The notes beneath the pieces are model-generated. The model did no database searches and was not told where the DNA came from. It was given only the letters and a program-made list of their open reading frames with translations. The position numbers and the translations under genes were made by a program. This document shows positions 51,197 through 60,622 of a DNA stretch of 64,000 bases, in pieces (within the stretch, counting starts at the first letter, position 1; each line of letters opens with the position of its first letter). Origin of the DNA: Candidatus Peregrinibacteria bacterium GW2011_GWF2_39_17 (lineage in GTDB: Bacteria; Patescibacteriota; Gracilibacteria; UBA1369; UBA12473); NCBI GenBank assembly GCA_000993615.1, contig LBWM01000003.1, forward strand, positions 16,125-80,124, read 5' to 3'.

Positions 51197-51363
51197 GAAG
51201 AAGAAAACCATCTTCAAAAATCCTAGACTTTTCAATAAAAAAATGGGATAAATATATTGTTTCACTTTCTTATATTTTAGTGATCTTGTCTGCCAATTCA
51301 ATAAGAATGGGCTCTAGGCAAGATTATAAAAATTAAGTAAGTATATATTTAACCCCTCCTAAA

Positions 51364-51711
51364 ATGAAAAAATGGCTTATAGGAATTAGCCTTGCTCTCT
51401 TTATCCTAGTAATAATCGGTTGTGGATCCACTTCATCTACATCTGAAAATTATAGTACCAAATATTTTAAATATGCAGTTTCTGACATCTATTCTAATGG
51501 TAATCACCTTCAATCCTTAGTTAGGATTAATGAATCAACCAATGAACAAGAAATAGTTATTGATGATTTGTATGCGCAATATAATACTTATTTCCAAATC
51601 GAGGAGCAGCCGGATAATTCCGACACCATTATTTTAAAAACTGTTGTCGAAGAAGGAGAAGGGCAACTTTATGAATACAATACCTTGAATGGAACATTCA
51701 AACTTATTTAG
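51364..51711 (+). CDS. Small lipoprotein
   Basis: Signal peptide with lipobox 'LVIIGCGS'. 115 aa. Confidence 0.5.
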   Translation: MKKWLIGISLALFILVIIGCGSTSSTSENYSTKYFKYAVSDIYSNGNHLQSLVRINESTNEQEIVIDDLYAQYNTYFQIEEQPDNSDTIILKTVVEEGEGQLYEYNTLNGTFKLI

Positions 51712-51726
51712 TGATAAATAAGCTTT

Positions 51727-52215
51727 TTAAGCACTTTTTGCGTTCTTATCAAGATTTTTGAAATTGGTTACTAGGTAATTCCAAGCTTGAATTTCGTTCC
51801 CGACCCCAGAAATGATCACGCTATTACTGAGCGTAGGTAATTTTGTGTCATCTAAGTTCTCAGCAACAACTGTCACCACTACATTTTCGCTTAATTTATT
51901 TTTTTCAAATACAATGGTCACTTTTACATTGGTATCTGGTAAACCTAAATTTTTTAGTACTTGCGGCATATCAGGTTCAAATTGATATTTATCTAGCCTC
52001 GCAGATTTACTAAATCCCTTAACCTCAGAAATCTTTATTACTGGCCTACTAGTTTCTACTTTCGCCATTAACTCCTGGAGTTGCTTCGCGGTTTCCTTAG
52101 GTGCAGACTCTGACTTTTCAATATTGCCAGGCATTCCTTCAAAACTCATATGGATCATCCTTTTAGGCAAAGCCTTCAGAGTATATAAATTAACTTCAAA
52201 TTTTTTAAGTAACAT
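51727..52215 (-). CDS. Hypothetical protein
   Basis: 162-aa ORF; an internal Met (MSFEG...) is also possible as the start. On the minus strand in 52216-52341 there is a TTGTAT-17-TATAAT promoter with an extended TG. Confidence 0.4.
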   Translation of the reverse strand: MLLKKFEVNLYTLKALPKRMIHMSFEGMPGNIEKSESAPKETAKQLQELMAKVETSRPVIKISEVKGFSKSARLDKYQFEPDMPQVLKNLGLPDTNVKVTIVFEKNKLSENVVVTVVAENLDDTKLPTLSNSVIISGVGNEIQAWNYLVTNFKNLDKNAKSA

Positions 52216-52341
52216 TGATGTTTGTTTTAGGAATAAAAAAATAGTAAAAATTAATTACCAAGATTGACAAATCTTTAAATTATATCATTTTATTATCGAA
52301 AATACAAGAGGCACATTACTACTGCGCCATATTAAGAAACT

Positions 52342-53547
52342 TCATTCAACGATGGATTTCAAAGATTCAACATCTATTTTAGAAATCTGGGCTCGTGGCG
52401 AAGTTAATTTATCAATTACGCCTTGCTGGTTTCTGGTTTGGAGCATTAAAGTTTTAACATCAGTTGGTGAAAATTGCTGTAAACGCATTTTCCCCTTTTT
52501 AAAATTAATATCGTCCTTAATATCACTTCGAAGTGTATTGGCTTTTTCAAGGACAGAAACACCACTTTGAGCCGAAAGCAAGTCAAGGGCGTTTCGCATG
52601 TTGATGTGATGGTCAAATTCAGCGATTAAACTGACAATATTTTCTCGATCTCGCGGGTCCATTTGCTCCGCCAGTTCGTAAGAGCTAATTTTCTTAAAAG
52701 TGGCTAAAACAACGGCCATAGCATCTGGAGAAATCACAAAAACCTCGTAGCCTTTCTCGTAAAAATACGTTTTCGTTAAAGACATGATGGCCTCGCCTGG
52801 AATCACCAAAAAAACCATTGGATAAATTCGTGGATCATTATTGATTTTTTCAACGGTTGACTTAACAGCAGTATTTGCAAAATAATTTTGCAAATTATCT
52901 GATTTAGAACACTTGGCATCAAAAATCACATATTGTCCTAAAAACTCAATCATGAAATCCGGCTTAAATTTACCCCCAAAGCCATCCGGTAAATTTTTAT
53001 TATCAAATGTTGTAAAACCGTACTGGGGCAATTTGCATAATTCCACTAACTGATTTTTAACGTTATTTTCATGCTCAGCCCATATTCGATCGCGAGTTTC
53101 TTTTTCTTTTTGATCGCGTTCTTCATCCTCCTTCCGAACCCTTCTTTTTTCATCATCAAGAGCATTTTTAGCTTCATCTAATTTTTGAATTTTTTGCTCT
53201 AGTTCTTTGGCCATTCTCGCTTCATCGGACTGAAATCGAGTTACCTCCTTACTAAGGCGTTCCCTGTCTTTAAGCAAACTTTCATTCTCCGCCTTAAGCG
53301 ATGTTTTTTCAGCAAATAATTGTTTGTTTTTACCTGCTAATTCATCTTTTAAAGTTTTTTCAGTTTGAAGATTAGAAATAATTTCCCCTAGCTGCTTATC
53401 CCGATGACTTAAATCTGCCTTGAGCTTAGCATTTTCTTCTATATTTCGAAAATCATTGGAATCGTTTTTAGGCTTTAATAATAATTGATAAAGTACAATA
53501 CCAAGTCCGATTAAAAGCAGAGTCAATAAAATATTGGTAATTCCCAT
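52342..53547 (-). CDS. rmuC: RmuC-like DNA recombination protein (TM anchor, coiled coil, PD-(D/E)xK-like C-terminal domain)
   Basis: N-terminal TM helix and a long K/E-rich coiled coil. 'KFKPDFMIEFLGQYVIFDAKCS' resembles RmuC 'RPD..I.LP.....IDAK'. Confidence 0.55.
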   Translation of the reverse strand: MGITNILLTLLLIGLGIVLYQLLLKPKNDSNDFRNIEENAKLKADLSHRDKQLGEIISNLQTEKTLKDELAGKNKQLFAEKTSLKAENESLLKDRERLSKEVTRFQSDEARMAKELEQKIQKLDEAKNALDDEKRRVRKEDEERDQKEKETRDRIWAEHENNVKNQLVELCKLPQYGFTTFDNKNLPDGFGGKFKPDFMIEFLGQYVIFDAKCSKSDNLQNYFANTAVKSTVEKINNDPRIYPMVFLVIPGEAIMSLTKTYFYEKGYEVFVISPDAMAVVLATFKKISSYELAEQMDPRDRENIVSLIAEFDHHINMRNALDLLSAQSGVSVLEKANTLRSDIKDDINFKKGKMRLQQFSPTDVKTLMLQTRNQQGVIDKLTSPRAQISKIDVESLKSIVE

Positions 53548-53572
53548 AATGAATAAATTTTAAAAAACAGGA

Positions 53573-53740
53573 TGCTTGGAGCTGCCTCTATGAAGAAGTT
53601 CGGACTCATTTTAAAGCATCTGGAGGCTAGCCTCCAGAGATTTTTTAAAAAACCGCCTGAAACCTGCGCCAGCGTGCGTTGAAAGGGGGCGGGCGGCGCG
53701 CAATGGGGCTTTGTGAAAATTCGACACGGAAAAGGACGGG
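53573..53740. repeat. Left arm of a GC-rich imperfect inverted repeat flanking the type I R-M island
   Basis: By hand alignment, 53573-53646 is the exact reverse complement of 62839-62912 (74 nt), and 53705-53740 is the exact reverse complement of 62719-62754 (36 nt). The GC-rich core between them is only partly alignable. The arm contains the 18-nt palindrome ctggaggctagcctccag (53620-53637) followed by agatttttt. Confidence 0.85.
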
Positions 53741-53809
53741 CGGGCAAGAATATTGGCAAGTACCCATGGAAACCCATTAGCATCAATAGAATTTTAAAAA
53801 AACTGATGC

Positions 53810-54364
53810 CTAATAATTATTTTTCAACTCACGAATGAGATTTTTGTAATTTGGTAATGCTTTTTCCACCAGGTTCCAGTATTTTCGACCGTGACTTAAT
53901 TCCTTGAGATGACAAAGTTCGTGAACAACAATGTACTGCGCCAAGTGAAGCGGTAAAAATACAATCCTATAATTAAAATTCAAGTTCCCCTTTTTTGAGC
54001 AGCTTCCCCATTTTGTTTTATGACTCTTAATAGTGATTTTTTTGTATTTTAAGTCACATACTTTATTAAATTTTTTAATAATTCTAAGTGCTAATTCATA
54101 AGCTCGTTCCTTATTCTGTTCAAAGCCGACAGATTGATTTTTAACTTTGATCCCCTTGGCTTCTCTAAAATAATCCAATTTTGCAGATATCCACTTTGAT
54201 TTTTGCCTTAAATAAGCCTCTACATCCGAAACAGTTTTGTGATGAGGCAGCGTAACAACGACATCGCTATTATAATAAACTGCTATCCGTAAGCGTTTTG
54301 CGCGGGTGCTTTTCCTTATCGAATAAGGAATTTTGCGGTCATAGAGTGTAATTTCTGTCATCAT
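53810..54364 (-). CDS. YgjP/DUF45-like (M48-type) zinc metallopeptidase at the end of the type I R-M operon
   Basis: 'KTKWGSCSKKGNLNFNYRIVFLP...YIVVHELCHLKELSHGRKYWNLV'. The start overlaps the hsdR stop. Confidence 0.8.
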   Translation of the reverse strand: MMTEITLYDRKIPYSIRKSTRAKRLRIAVYYNSDVVVTLPHHKTVSDVEAYLRQKSKWISAKLDYFREAKGIKVKNQSVGFEQNKERAYELALRIIKKFNKVCDLKYKKITIKSHKTKWGSCSKKGNLNFNYRIVFLPLHLAQYIVVHELCHLKELSHGRKYWNLVEKALPNYKNLIRELKNNY

Positions 54365-57276
54365 TAAAATTTTTTGATTATCAGATCAGTCAGTTCGTTT
54401 AAATATTTTTGAAAGTCTTTTATCTTAATTTTATCTTTAAATTCTTTAAGAATTAAAATTTGCACCTCTCTTTTTATATCTTTTAGGAAAGCTTCTCTTT
54501 TTGATGATTCTTGCCATTCTTTATCCAGAATTTCATCGAGCCGAGCAGTTATAACTTTTGCAAATTCGATAAGGTCTTCTTTTGACGTATCTTCAGAAAA
54601 ACCTTCGGTTATGATAAAAATCGCATACTCCTTCAGATCAAGCCCCATGTCTTTAGCTTTGTTTCCAACCTGCTTGATATCTTCCATAAGTTCAAAATAT
54701 GCCTTTATTCTTTCCGCAAGATCGATCTGATTTTGTTCAAAGTCAGCTTTGATAGCCATCAGTCTCTCACTGAATTTTTTAAATACAGGATTTGTTTCAA
54801 TGTTGATCGAAATTTCCCGTTTTAACATTTTCTCAAGATTGACTGCTTTCTCTTCATCATCCATCTTTTCAAGCCTTTCAAGCGTATAAATATCATTGAT
54901 TCTTAATTCTCTAAAATTCTTGGTAATCCCCTCATAATCTACGCTTGATTTAATCAATTCCTGCATTTTACCGCCATATTCGCTTAAGCTGTGGCCACTT
55001 TCCTCAGTTCGATATTCCTTTATGAATGCGATATAAAAACTTGCCAGCCATTCAAACTTACGGAGATAGTCCATCAAAAAAGGGTCGGGTGATAAGATTT
55101 CAAAAAGAATTTTTAGATTATTATAATTGTCATAAAAGAATTGCTGCTTATTTTCATCCTCAAAAAAGAGTTTCAGGCATTTACGCAGATTTTCCATTGA
55201 GGCATCTTCCGTATTCACGCCAACAAATAGGTTGATGATTTCATTAAACAAGTCTGTAAATCGTTTTTTATACTCATTAATGTCAATCATGGCGCTATCA
55301 ATCACACTTTCGTCGAAATTGAGAGCTTCGTGCAAATTTCTCGTGATGCCGTAGTAATCAATTATTTTTCCGCAACCCTTCTCTTTGCTATAAACACGGT
55401 TTGTTCGTGCAATAGCCTGTAAGAGGTTGTGATCACGCAAAGGCTTGTCCAAATACATTACCTGCTCAATCGGTGCGTCAAAACCCGTTAGAAGCATGTC
55501 ACAGATTATTAAGAATCGTAGAGGATCATCCTTGCTCTTAAAAGCATCAATAATTCTTTCCCGATCACTTTTACTCGTGTTGTATCTTTTTAATTGTTCA
55601 TCATCGCTGTTTGGATCCCCTGGCGAATAAACCACTTTTGACCATTCTTTTGGGATTAACTCATCGAGCAGTTTTTTATACATCGCACAAGCTTCACGGT
55701 CATAACAAACAATCTGCGCCTTGAATCCGTTAGGCTCAATATAAAGTTTAAAATGCTCAACGATATCTAAAGCCACGGCTCTCATTCTTTTTTCAAGCTT
55801 CACTAAAGCTGATTTTTTGCCATATTTTTTAATCAATTCTTGTTTTTCTTCATCGGAAAGATCACCGGTTAATTCTTCAAATTGCCCATCAACATGGTCT
55901 TCATCGAGAAAGAATTTTGATAGTCGCGCTTCATAAGTTACGGGCAATGTGGCGCCGTCTTCGATAGCCTGTTGGATTGAATAGTAATCAAGATACCTCT
56001 CTCCTTCCTCTCCAAAGTTTCGGTGAGTGTTCAGTGTCTTTTTATCAATCGGTGTCCCCGTAAAGCCGAAAAAGAAGGCATTTTTCATTGTGCTTCGCAA
56101 TTTTATCGCCGCAATACCTTCATTGTCGCGATGCGCTTCATCACAAAGCACAATCAGGTTATCATCCAGATTTTCCACATCTTTTCCAAGCTCGTTGAAT
56201 TTTTGAATGGTAGAAATGAAAATCCCTCGTTCCGGAGATTTTATTTTTTGCTCCAGATCACGGCGAGAAGTCGCCCGTTCAACATTTTTACCGCCGCAAT
56301 TGATAAAGGTTTCAAAAATCTGGTCATCCAGATCAATACGATCTACAAGAATAAAAACTTTAGGATTTTTTAAACGCGGCTCAAAGCGCAGTTTCCATGC
56401 AGTATAAAACATGGTGATGCTCTTTCCGCTGCCTTGAGTGTGCCAAACCAAGCCTTTTTTCTTCTTACCTTCGATAACCCGCTGCACAATCAAATTCGTT
56501 GCTCTCAATTGTTGATAGCGGCAGATTTTTTTTGACGTTCGCCCTTTTTCTTTCTCGAAAACAAGGAAATTTTTAATGATGTCTAAAAGATTTTCCTGCT
56601 TAAAAAGAGCCACCAGCGTCATTTCAAGATTGCCGCCCGCAACTTCTTCAAAATCATCATCACGCCATTGAAAGAAATACTGTTTTGGTGACCCCGTGGC
56701 TCCGTAAACTGTTTTCAAACCATCTGTAGCCACATTAAAACAGTTCGGCAAAAACAATTTGCGCGCATTTCTCTCATATCGCTTAATCTGATCAATCCCT
56801 TTTTCATAATTGACGGAAAAAGAAGCGGTTGGACTTTTGGCCTCAATATCGGCAATCGGCAAACCATTTAAAAATACAATCATATCCGGCCGGATATTTT
56901 CTTCATTTCCTTCAAAAATAAATTGGTTAGTGACGACAAAATGGTTGTTCTCGGGATTATCAAAGTCTACTATTTTATAATCCCTCATCGTTCTTGTTTT
57001 TGGATCCTGTAGATTCACACCGTTTCGCATCACCTCCAAAAATCCTTCATTGGTCTCGATTTTTTTGATTTCACGTACAACATTTTCCACCTCTGTATCA
57101 TCCTCAAGCTGATTGATTCGTTTAATTGCGACTTTGAGGTGCGGAATAATCAAATATTCCGTCTCAAACTCCCGCAGTTTCTTAAAATCTTCCGGCTTAA
57201 TATATTCATATCCAAGATCGTGCTCAAAAAATGAGATGATATGATTTTCGACGGTGTATTGTTCGTTGAAGCGCAT
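54364..57276 (-). CDS. hsdR: Type I restriction enzyme, R subunit
   Basis: N-terminal nuclease region 'RPDMIVFLNGLPIADIEAKS'. SF2 helicase motifs are 'VWHTQGSGKSITM', 'LCDEAHRD', 'FGFTGTP' and 'MLLTGFDAP...QAIARTNR'. Confidence 0.95.
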   Translation of the reverse strand: MRFNEQYTVENHIISFFEHDLGYEYIKPEDFKKLREFETEYLIIPHLKVAIKRINQLEDDTEVENVVREIKKIETNEGFLEVMRNGVNLQDPKTRTMRDYKIVDFDNPENNHFVVTNQFIFEGNEENIRPDMIVFLNGLPIADIEAKSPTASFSVNYEKGIDQIKRYERNARKLFLPNCFNVATDGLKTVYGATGSPKQYFFQWRDDDFEEVAGGNLEMTLVALFKQENLLDIIKNFLVFEKEKGRTSKKICRYQQLRATNLIVQRVIEGKKKKGLVWHTQGSGKSITMFYTAWKLRFEPRLKNPKVFILVDRIDLDDQIFETFINCGGKNVERATSRRDLEQKIKSPERGIFISTIQKFNELGKDVENLDDNLIVLCDEAHRDNEGIAAIKLRSTMKNAFFFGFTGTPIDKKTLNTHRNFGEEGERYLDYYSIQQAIEDGATLPVTYEARLSKFFLDEDHVDGQFEELTGDLSDEEKQELIKKYGKKSALVKLEKRMRAVALDIVEHFKLYIEPNGFKAQIVCYDREACAMYKKLLDELIPKEWSKVVYSPGDPNSDDEQLKRYNTSKSDRERIIDAFKSKDDPLRFLIICDMLLTGFDAPIEQVMYLDKPLRDHNLLQAIARTNRVYSKEKGCGKIIDYYGITRNLHEALNFDESVIDSAMIDINEYKKRFTDLFNEIINLFVGVNTEDASMENLRKCLKLFFEDENKQQFFYDNYNNLKILFEILSPDPFLMDYLRKFEWLASFYIAFIKEYRTEESGHSLSEYGGKMQELIKSSVDYEGITKNFRELRINDIYTLERLEKMDDEEKAVNLEKMLKREISINIETNPVFKKFSERLMAIKADFEQNQIDLAERIKAYFELMEDIKQVGNKAKDMGLDLKEYAIFIITEGFSEDTSKEDLIEFAKVITARLDEILDKEWQESSKREAFLKDIKREVQILILKEFKDKIKIKDFQKYLNELTDLIIKKF

Positions 57277-58124
57277 TAAATAACGTGGTTAATATATCGA
57301 AGTAATAGACCTGTCTGATAAATCAAAAACTCATTTTCGGCATCATCCAATTCGCCATCATTGTGCTTACTATTCTCATTAAAATATTGATCGAGATAGC
57401 TAAAAATTTGAACAATTATATTTCTAATTTGAGCATCAACATGAGCGGTTTTAAGCGTTTTACTTAATTCATTTTTATTCTCCTTTAACCCTTTTTTATT
57501 TTTCAACTTCAATCTGAGAAATTCTTCTAAAGCCCTTCTCAAGCCTTCGGCAGATTTTATATAGTGTTTAGCCTGATAAAACTTGAGTGCATCTGTAAAA
57601 TGCGTATTACTTTGCGCATCTAGGAAATCCATCACTCTATTTACAAGAACTTCATCAAGAATTCCTTCGCCTTTTGGATAGAAAATAATTTCTCCATTAT
57701 CAAGTTTTGCTATTGCAAGATTTACATTTGAGAACTCAAGTGATTTCCAAAGTTTTACGTATAAAATTTCCTTGCTATAACTGTTTTGCCCGCTATACCC
57801 CGACCTAGTTCTAATGTCGAGAGAAAAAATAATTTGCAATAATTTATAGAATTCTATTTCATCATTTTCTTTCATCAATCTGTCTTTGATATTTGTGCCC
57901 CATGCCCGATTGTAAGGGTCGAATTTATCATGATGCCATTTCTCAGGGATTCCCAAGAATTGGCAAAAAATAGCTACACTTGATTCAGTGACGTGAGAAT
58001 CAATATCACTCATAAAATTCAAAATTCGAATTTTGAATTTTCTAAATTCTTCTTGTGAATTTATTGCAATATCTGGCAATTTCCACCGCTGGTTAAATTT
58101 TTTAATCATATCTTTTAAACTCAT
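57276..58124 (-). CDS. Unknown protein embedded between hsdS and hsdR (C-terminal helical, HEPN/DUF4145-like region suspected)
   Basis: 282-aa ORF. Its stop overlaps the hsdR start, and its start lies 5 nt after the hsdS stop. The C-terminal region 'AEGLRRALEEFLRLKL...IRNIIVQIFSYLDQYFNENSKHNDG' is reminiscent of HEPN-type helices, but I do not see a canonical Rx4-6H. Confidence 0.55.
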   Translation of the reverse strand: MSLKDMIKKFNQRWKLPDIAINSQEEFRKFKIRILNFMSDIDSHVTESSVAIFCQFLGIPEKWHHDKFDPYNRAWGTNIKDRLMKENDEIEFYKLLQIIFSLDIRTRSGYSGQNSYSKEILYVKLWKSLEFSNVNLAIAKLDNGEIIFYPKGEGILDEVLVNRVMDFLDAQSNTHFTDALKFYQAKHYIKSAEGLRRALEEFLRLKLKNKKGLKENKNELSKTLKTAHVDAQIRNIIVQIFSYLDQYFNENSKHNDGELDDAENEFLIYQTGLLLRYINHVI

Positions 58125-58129
58125 AGTTT

Positions 58130-59368
58130 TTAATTATTAACTCTTACCTTCCCACTCAAAAGGTCATTCATAAGGCCTTTTTTGAGTTTTAGTAAATTAG
58201 ATTTTGTTTTTTCGTTGATGACAAGGCGGCCATCAATTGCATCTAAAATTTTAGCAATTTGTTCCTGTTCAGTTACGGGAGGAACAGGCACAAAACATTT
58301 AAGAACTTCATCTTTTCTTAAATTAGTTTGGCCAACACCATTATCAAAATTCAAAAAATAGCTATTCCTGCTTAGTACATAAAAATAGAATTTTGGATTG
58401 CCGTTAATTGGTCTTAAGGCACAGATTCTTTGATTGAGTGTGTATTTATTATCCTCTAATACCAAAAAACACTTACCTAATGCTTTACCATTCGGAACAT
58501 CACTCATCACCATAACAATATCGCCAGCTGATAGAGGCTTTAAGTTGTCATTTGAATATTTCACTACTGCTCCGTCTGAAGATATAAATTTTGAATTTAT
58601 TACTATATAATTACCATTTTCTGCGATTTGCTTCTCATGCGCTTTGCCATTTTTGAATCTGCATACTTTGCTCAATTCTTCCACCTCCCACTCCTCCGGA
58701 ATCTCTCCAAGCTCGGTTTGCTTGAATTTTGTGTGTCCGATTCCTTTCGTCAAAAGTTTCTGCATCAACCCTTTCTTCAATTTTTCCGTTTGCTCTATAA
58801 TTTGTTCGACTTTTTCGATTTCTTCGTCGACTCTGGAGAAAATGGAGGCGATGCGGGTTTGTTCGGGCAGAGAAGGAAGGGAAATATCTAAAGATGATAA
58901 TGATTTGAGTTGTAGATGTAAAACCGTTGAACCGCTCGAAATACTTCTCATGAATTGCCTGACGCTATCCTGCAATAGATAGTAATACAAATAATGTTTA
59001 ATTACTTGATTTCCATCTATGTCAATTACTGATAAATCCATAGATATTAAAACCGAATTACTCGAAAGATGGGGCATGAATAGCGGCGCTCCAATAATGT
59101 CGCCGGCTCTGGTTAAATCCGTATTTGCGATGATTAAATCTCCACTTTCTACAACATTTGATTGATCATATTTCCCCTTATAAAATTTGACTCCATCTTT
59201 GTTGAACCCTCCTCCTTTTGAAATACACTTAAGAGTTACAAAAACCAGTCCATTCTTTTCATCACCATAATCAACGCTTTTGTAAGTGAGGCCTTTTCTG
59301 ATTCTGGCAATTTCAGTTAAACCTTTTTTTTTCCACCCCGCTGGTATTTGTTGAGCTGTTTTTGTCAT
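58130..59368 (-). CDS. hsdS: Type I restriction-modification specificity subunit
   Basis: Two target-recognition halves, each ending in a conserved helix: 'LPSLPEQTRIASIFSRVDEEIEKVEQIIEQTEKLKKGLMQKLLTKG' and 'VPPVTEQEQIAKILDAIDGRLVINEKTKSNLLKLKKGLMNDLLSGK'. Confidence 0.93.
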   Translation of the reverse strand: MTKTAQQIPAGWKKKGLTEIARIRKGLTYKSVDYGDEKNGLVFVTLKCISKGGGFNKDGVKFYKGKYDQSNVVESGDLIIANTDLTRAGDIIGAPLFMPHLSSNSVLISMDLSVIDIDGNQVIKHYLYYYLLQDSVRQFMRSISSGSTVLHLQLKSLSSLDISLPSLPEQTRIASIFSRVDEEIEKVEQIIEQTEKLKKGLMQKLLTKGIGHTKFKQTELGEIPEEWEVEELSKVCRFKNGKAHEKQIAENGNYIVINSKFISSDGAVVKYSNDNLKPLSAGDIVMVMSDVPNGKALGKCFLVLEDNKYTLNQRICALRPINGNPKFYFYVLSRNSYFLNFDNGVGQTNLRKDEVLKCFVPVPPVTEQEQIAKILDAIDGRLVINEKTKSNLLKLKKGLMNDLLSGKVRVNN

Positions 59369-59397
59369 AATCGAATTTAGAAAATTATCGCCTCAAA

Positions 59398-59550
59398 TCA
59401 AGCAAATCCATAACGAACTTGTGCATTTTGATAATGGTTGCTTTTGAATATTTCAGTATTTCTTGCACTTTTTTCATCACTGATTCTAGCCTCAGAATAA
59501 GGCCACTGCTCGGCCCAAAGCTGATCGCGTTGTTTTTGAGTTAACTTCAT
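59398..59550 (-). CDS. Possible 50-aa ORF translationally coupled to rhuM
   Basis: Hand translation gives MKLTQKQRDQLWAEQWPYSEARISDEKSARNTEIFKSNHYQNAQVRYGFA*. Its ATG (59548-59550) overlaps the rhuM TGA (59547-59549) as ATGA. It is below the 60-aa cut-off of the ORF track, and no homology was recognised. Confidence 0.3.
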   Translation of the reverse strand: MKLTQKQRDQLWAEQWPYSEARISDEKSARNTEIFKSNHYQNAQVRYGFA

Positions 59551-60554
59551 TTTTTCTTCTTAAGAAATTTCTTTGTTTCCTTGTCAAAATCCGACTCAAA
59601 CTGCTTGTCCTGAATAATCCTGAACTTTTCATACTCGTTTTCGGCCAATTCTTTAGCAACCTTTGCCGAAACTTTGCCTGGATTATTTAGAATTTCATAT
59701 TCATTGAATTGCAAGAAAGCATCAAGCTTTTCTCTCCAGTTTTTCATCGTCATCAACCTGCCGTTTTCCGCCTGATTTTCACCATAAATCAGGTACATCT
59801 CCACAATGCGATTCAATTTTCCTATTTCATCCTGATTGAGGTAATTTTTAGCAATCGAAACATCCGATTTTAAGATTTTGCCTTTGGGTGAATGTTTCCA
59901 TGTGGTGAGTCCCATAAGTGGTTTCTTGCTGTCAGCCCTCATCGCAACAATTTCTGCAGCCGTTTGTCCAGTAATAGCCCAATGAAGTTTATTTTGTACA
60001 GTGGCAAAAAATTCCTGAGTTAATTCGTCATTTGCATCATAATCAATACTTGTTGCATAAAGATCTGTAATTTTCTGATAAAACCGCCTCTCGCTGGCAC
60101 GGATTTCTCGAATACGCTCAAGTAAACTTTCAAAATAATCTTTGTCGAAATGACTGCCATTTTTAAGTCTTTCATCATCCAGAACAAAGCCCTTGATGAT
60201 AAATTCACGCAAAGTTTGAGTCGCCCAAATACGGAATTTGGTAGCTCGTGTAGAATTAACCCTATAGCCAACCGAAATAATAGCGTCGAGATTATAAAAA
60301 CTTGTAAGATATTCTTTCCCATCTTCGGCAGTTGTTCGAATTTTTCGAATAACTGAATCCTCAGTCAATTCGCCACTTTTAAAGATTTCTTTCAAATGAT
60401 AGTTAATTGTATTTACCTCTACACCAAATAATTCCGCCATCTTTTTTTGTCTTAGCCACACGGTTTCATCTTGAAAAAAAACATCAATTTTCACATCGCC
60501 TTCCGGCGTTGTGTAAAGGATTATGTTTGATTGTTGTGGTTTGTGATCTGTCAT
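59547..60554 (-). CDS. rhuM: RhuM-family protein (virulence-protein RhuM-like), embedded in the type I R-M operon
   Basis: 'IILYTTPEGDVKIDVFFQDETVWLRQKKMAELFGVEVNTINYHLKEIF...LDAIISVGYRVNSTRATKFRIWATQTLREFIIKGFVLDDERLK' is the RhuM signature. The ATG at 60554 (MTDHKPQQ) is preferred over the GTG at 60620. Confidence 0.85.
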   Translation of the reverse strand: MTDHKPQQSNIILYTTPEGDVKIDVFFQDETVWLRQKKMAELFGVEVNTINYHLKEIFKSGELTEDSVIRKIRTTAEDGKEYLTSFYNLDAIISVGYRVNSTRATKFRIWATQTLREFIIKGFVLDDERLKNGSHFDKDYFESLLERIREIRASERRFYQKITDLYATSIDYDANDELTQEFFATVQNKLHWAITGQTAAEIVAMRADSKKPLMGLTTWKHSPKGKILKSDVSIAKNYLNQDEIGKLNRIVEMYLIYGENQAENGRLMTMKNWREKLDAFLQFNEYEILNNPGKVSAKVAKELAENEYEKFRIIQDKQFESDFDKETKKFLKKKK

Positions 60555-60622
60555 GATGTATCTTGTTAAATATCCAAGTTGTGACAATTTGTTACGGTTT
60601 AAACGTATCGAATTCGACACGG

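Noticed and set aside
53523-53786. 87-aa ORF across the left repeat arm, sharing 'KNLWRLASRCFKMSPNFFIEAAPS' with ORF 62732..63133
   Set aside because: The shared peptide is simply the translation of the 74-nt inverted repeat block. Outside the repeat, both ORFs and the antisense ORF 62743..63201 have no coding character and are full of hairpins, so I treated them as non-coding repeat.
60605-60620. 12-nt match (ccgtgtcgaatt, minus strand) between the hsdM-rhuM junction and the 36-nt repeat block
   Set aside because: A 12-mer match between a ~170-nt element and 128 kb of two-strand sequence is expected about once by chance. There is no extended similarity around it.
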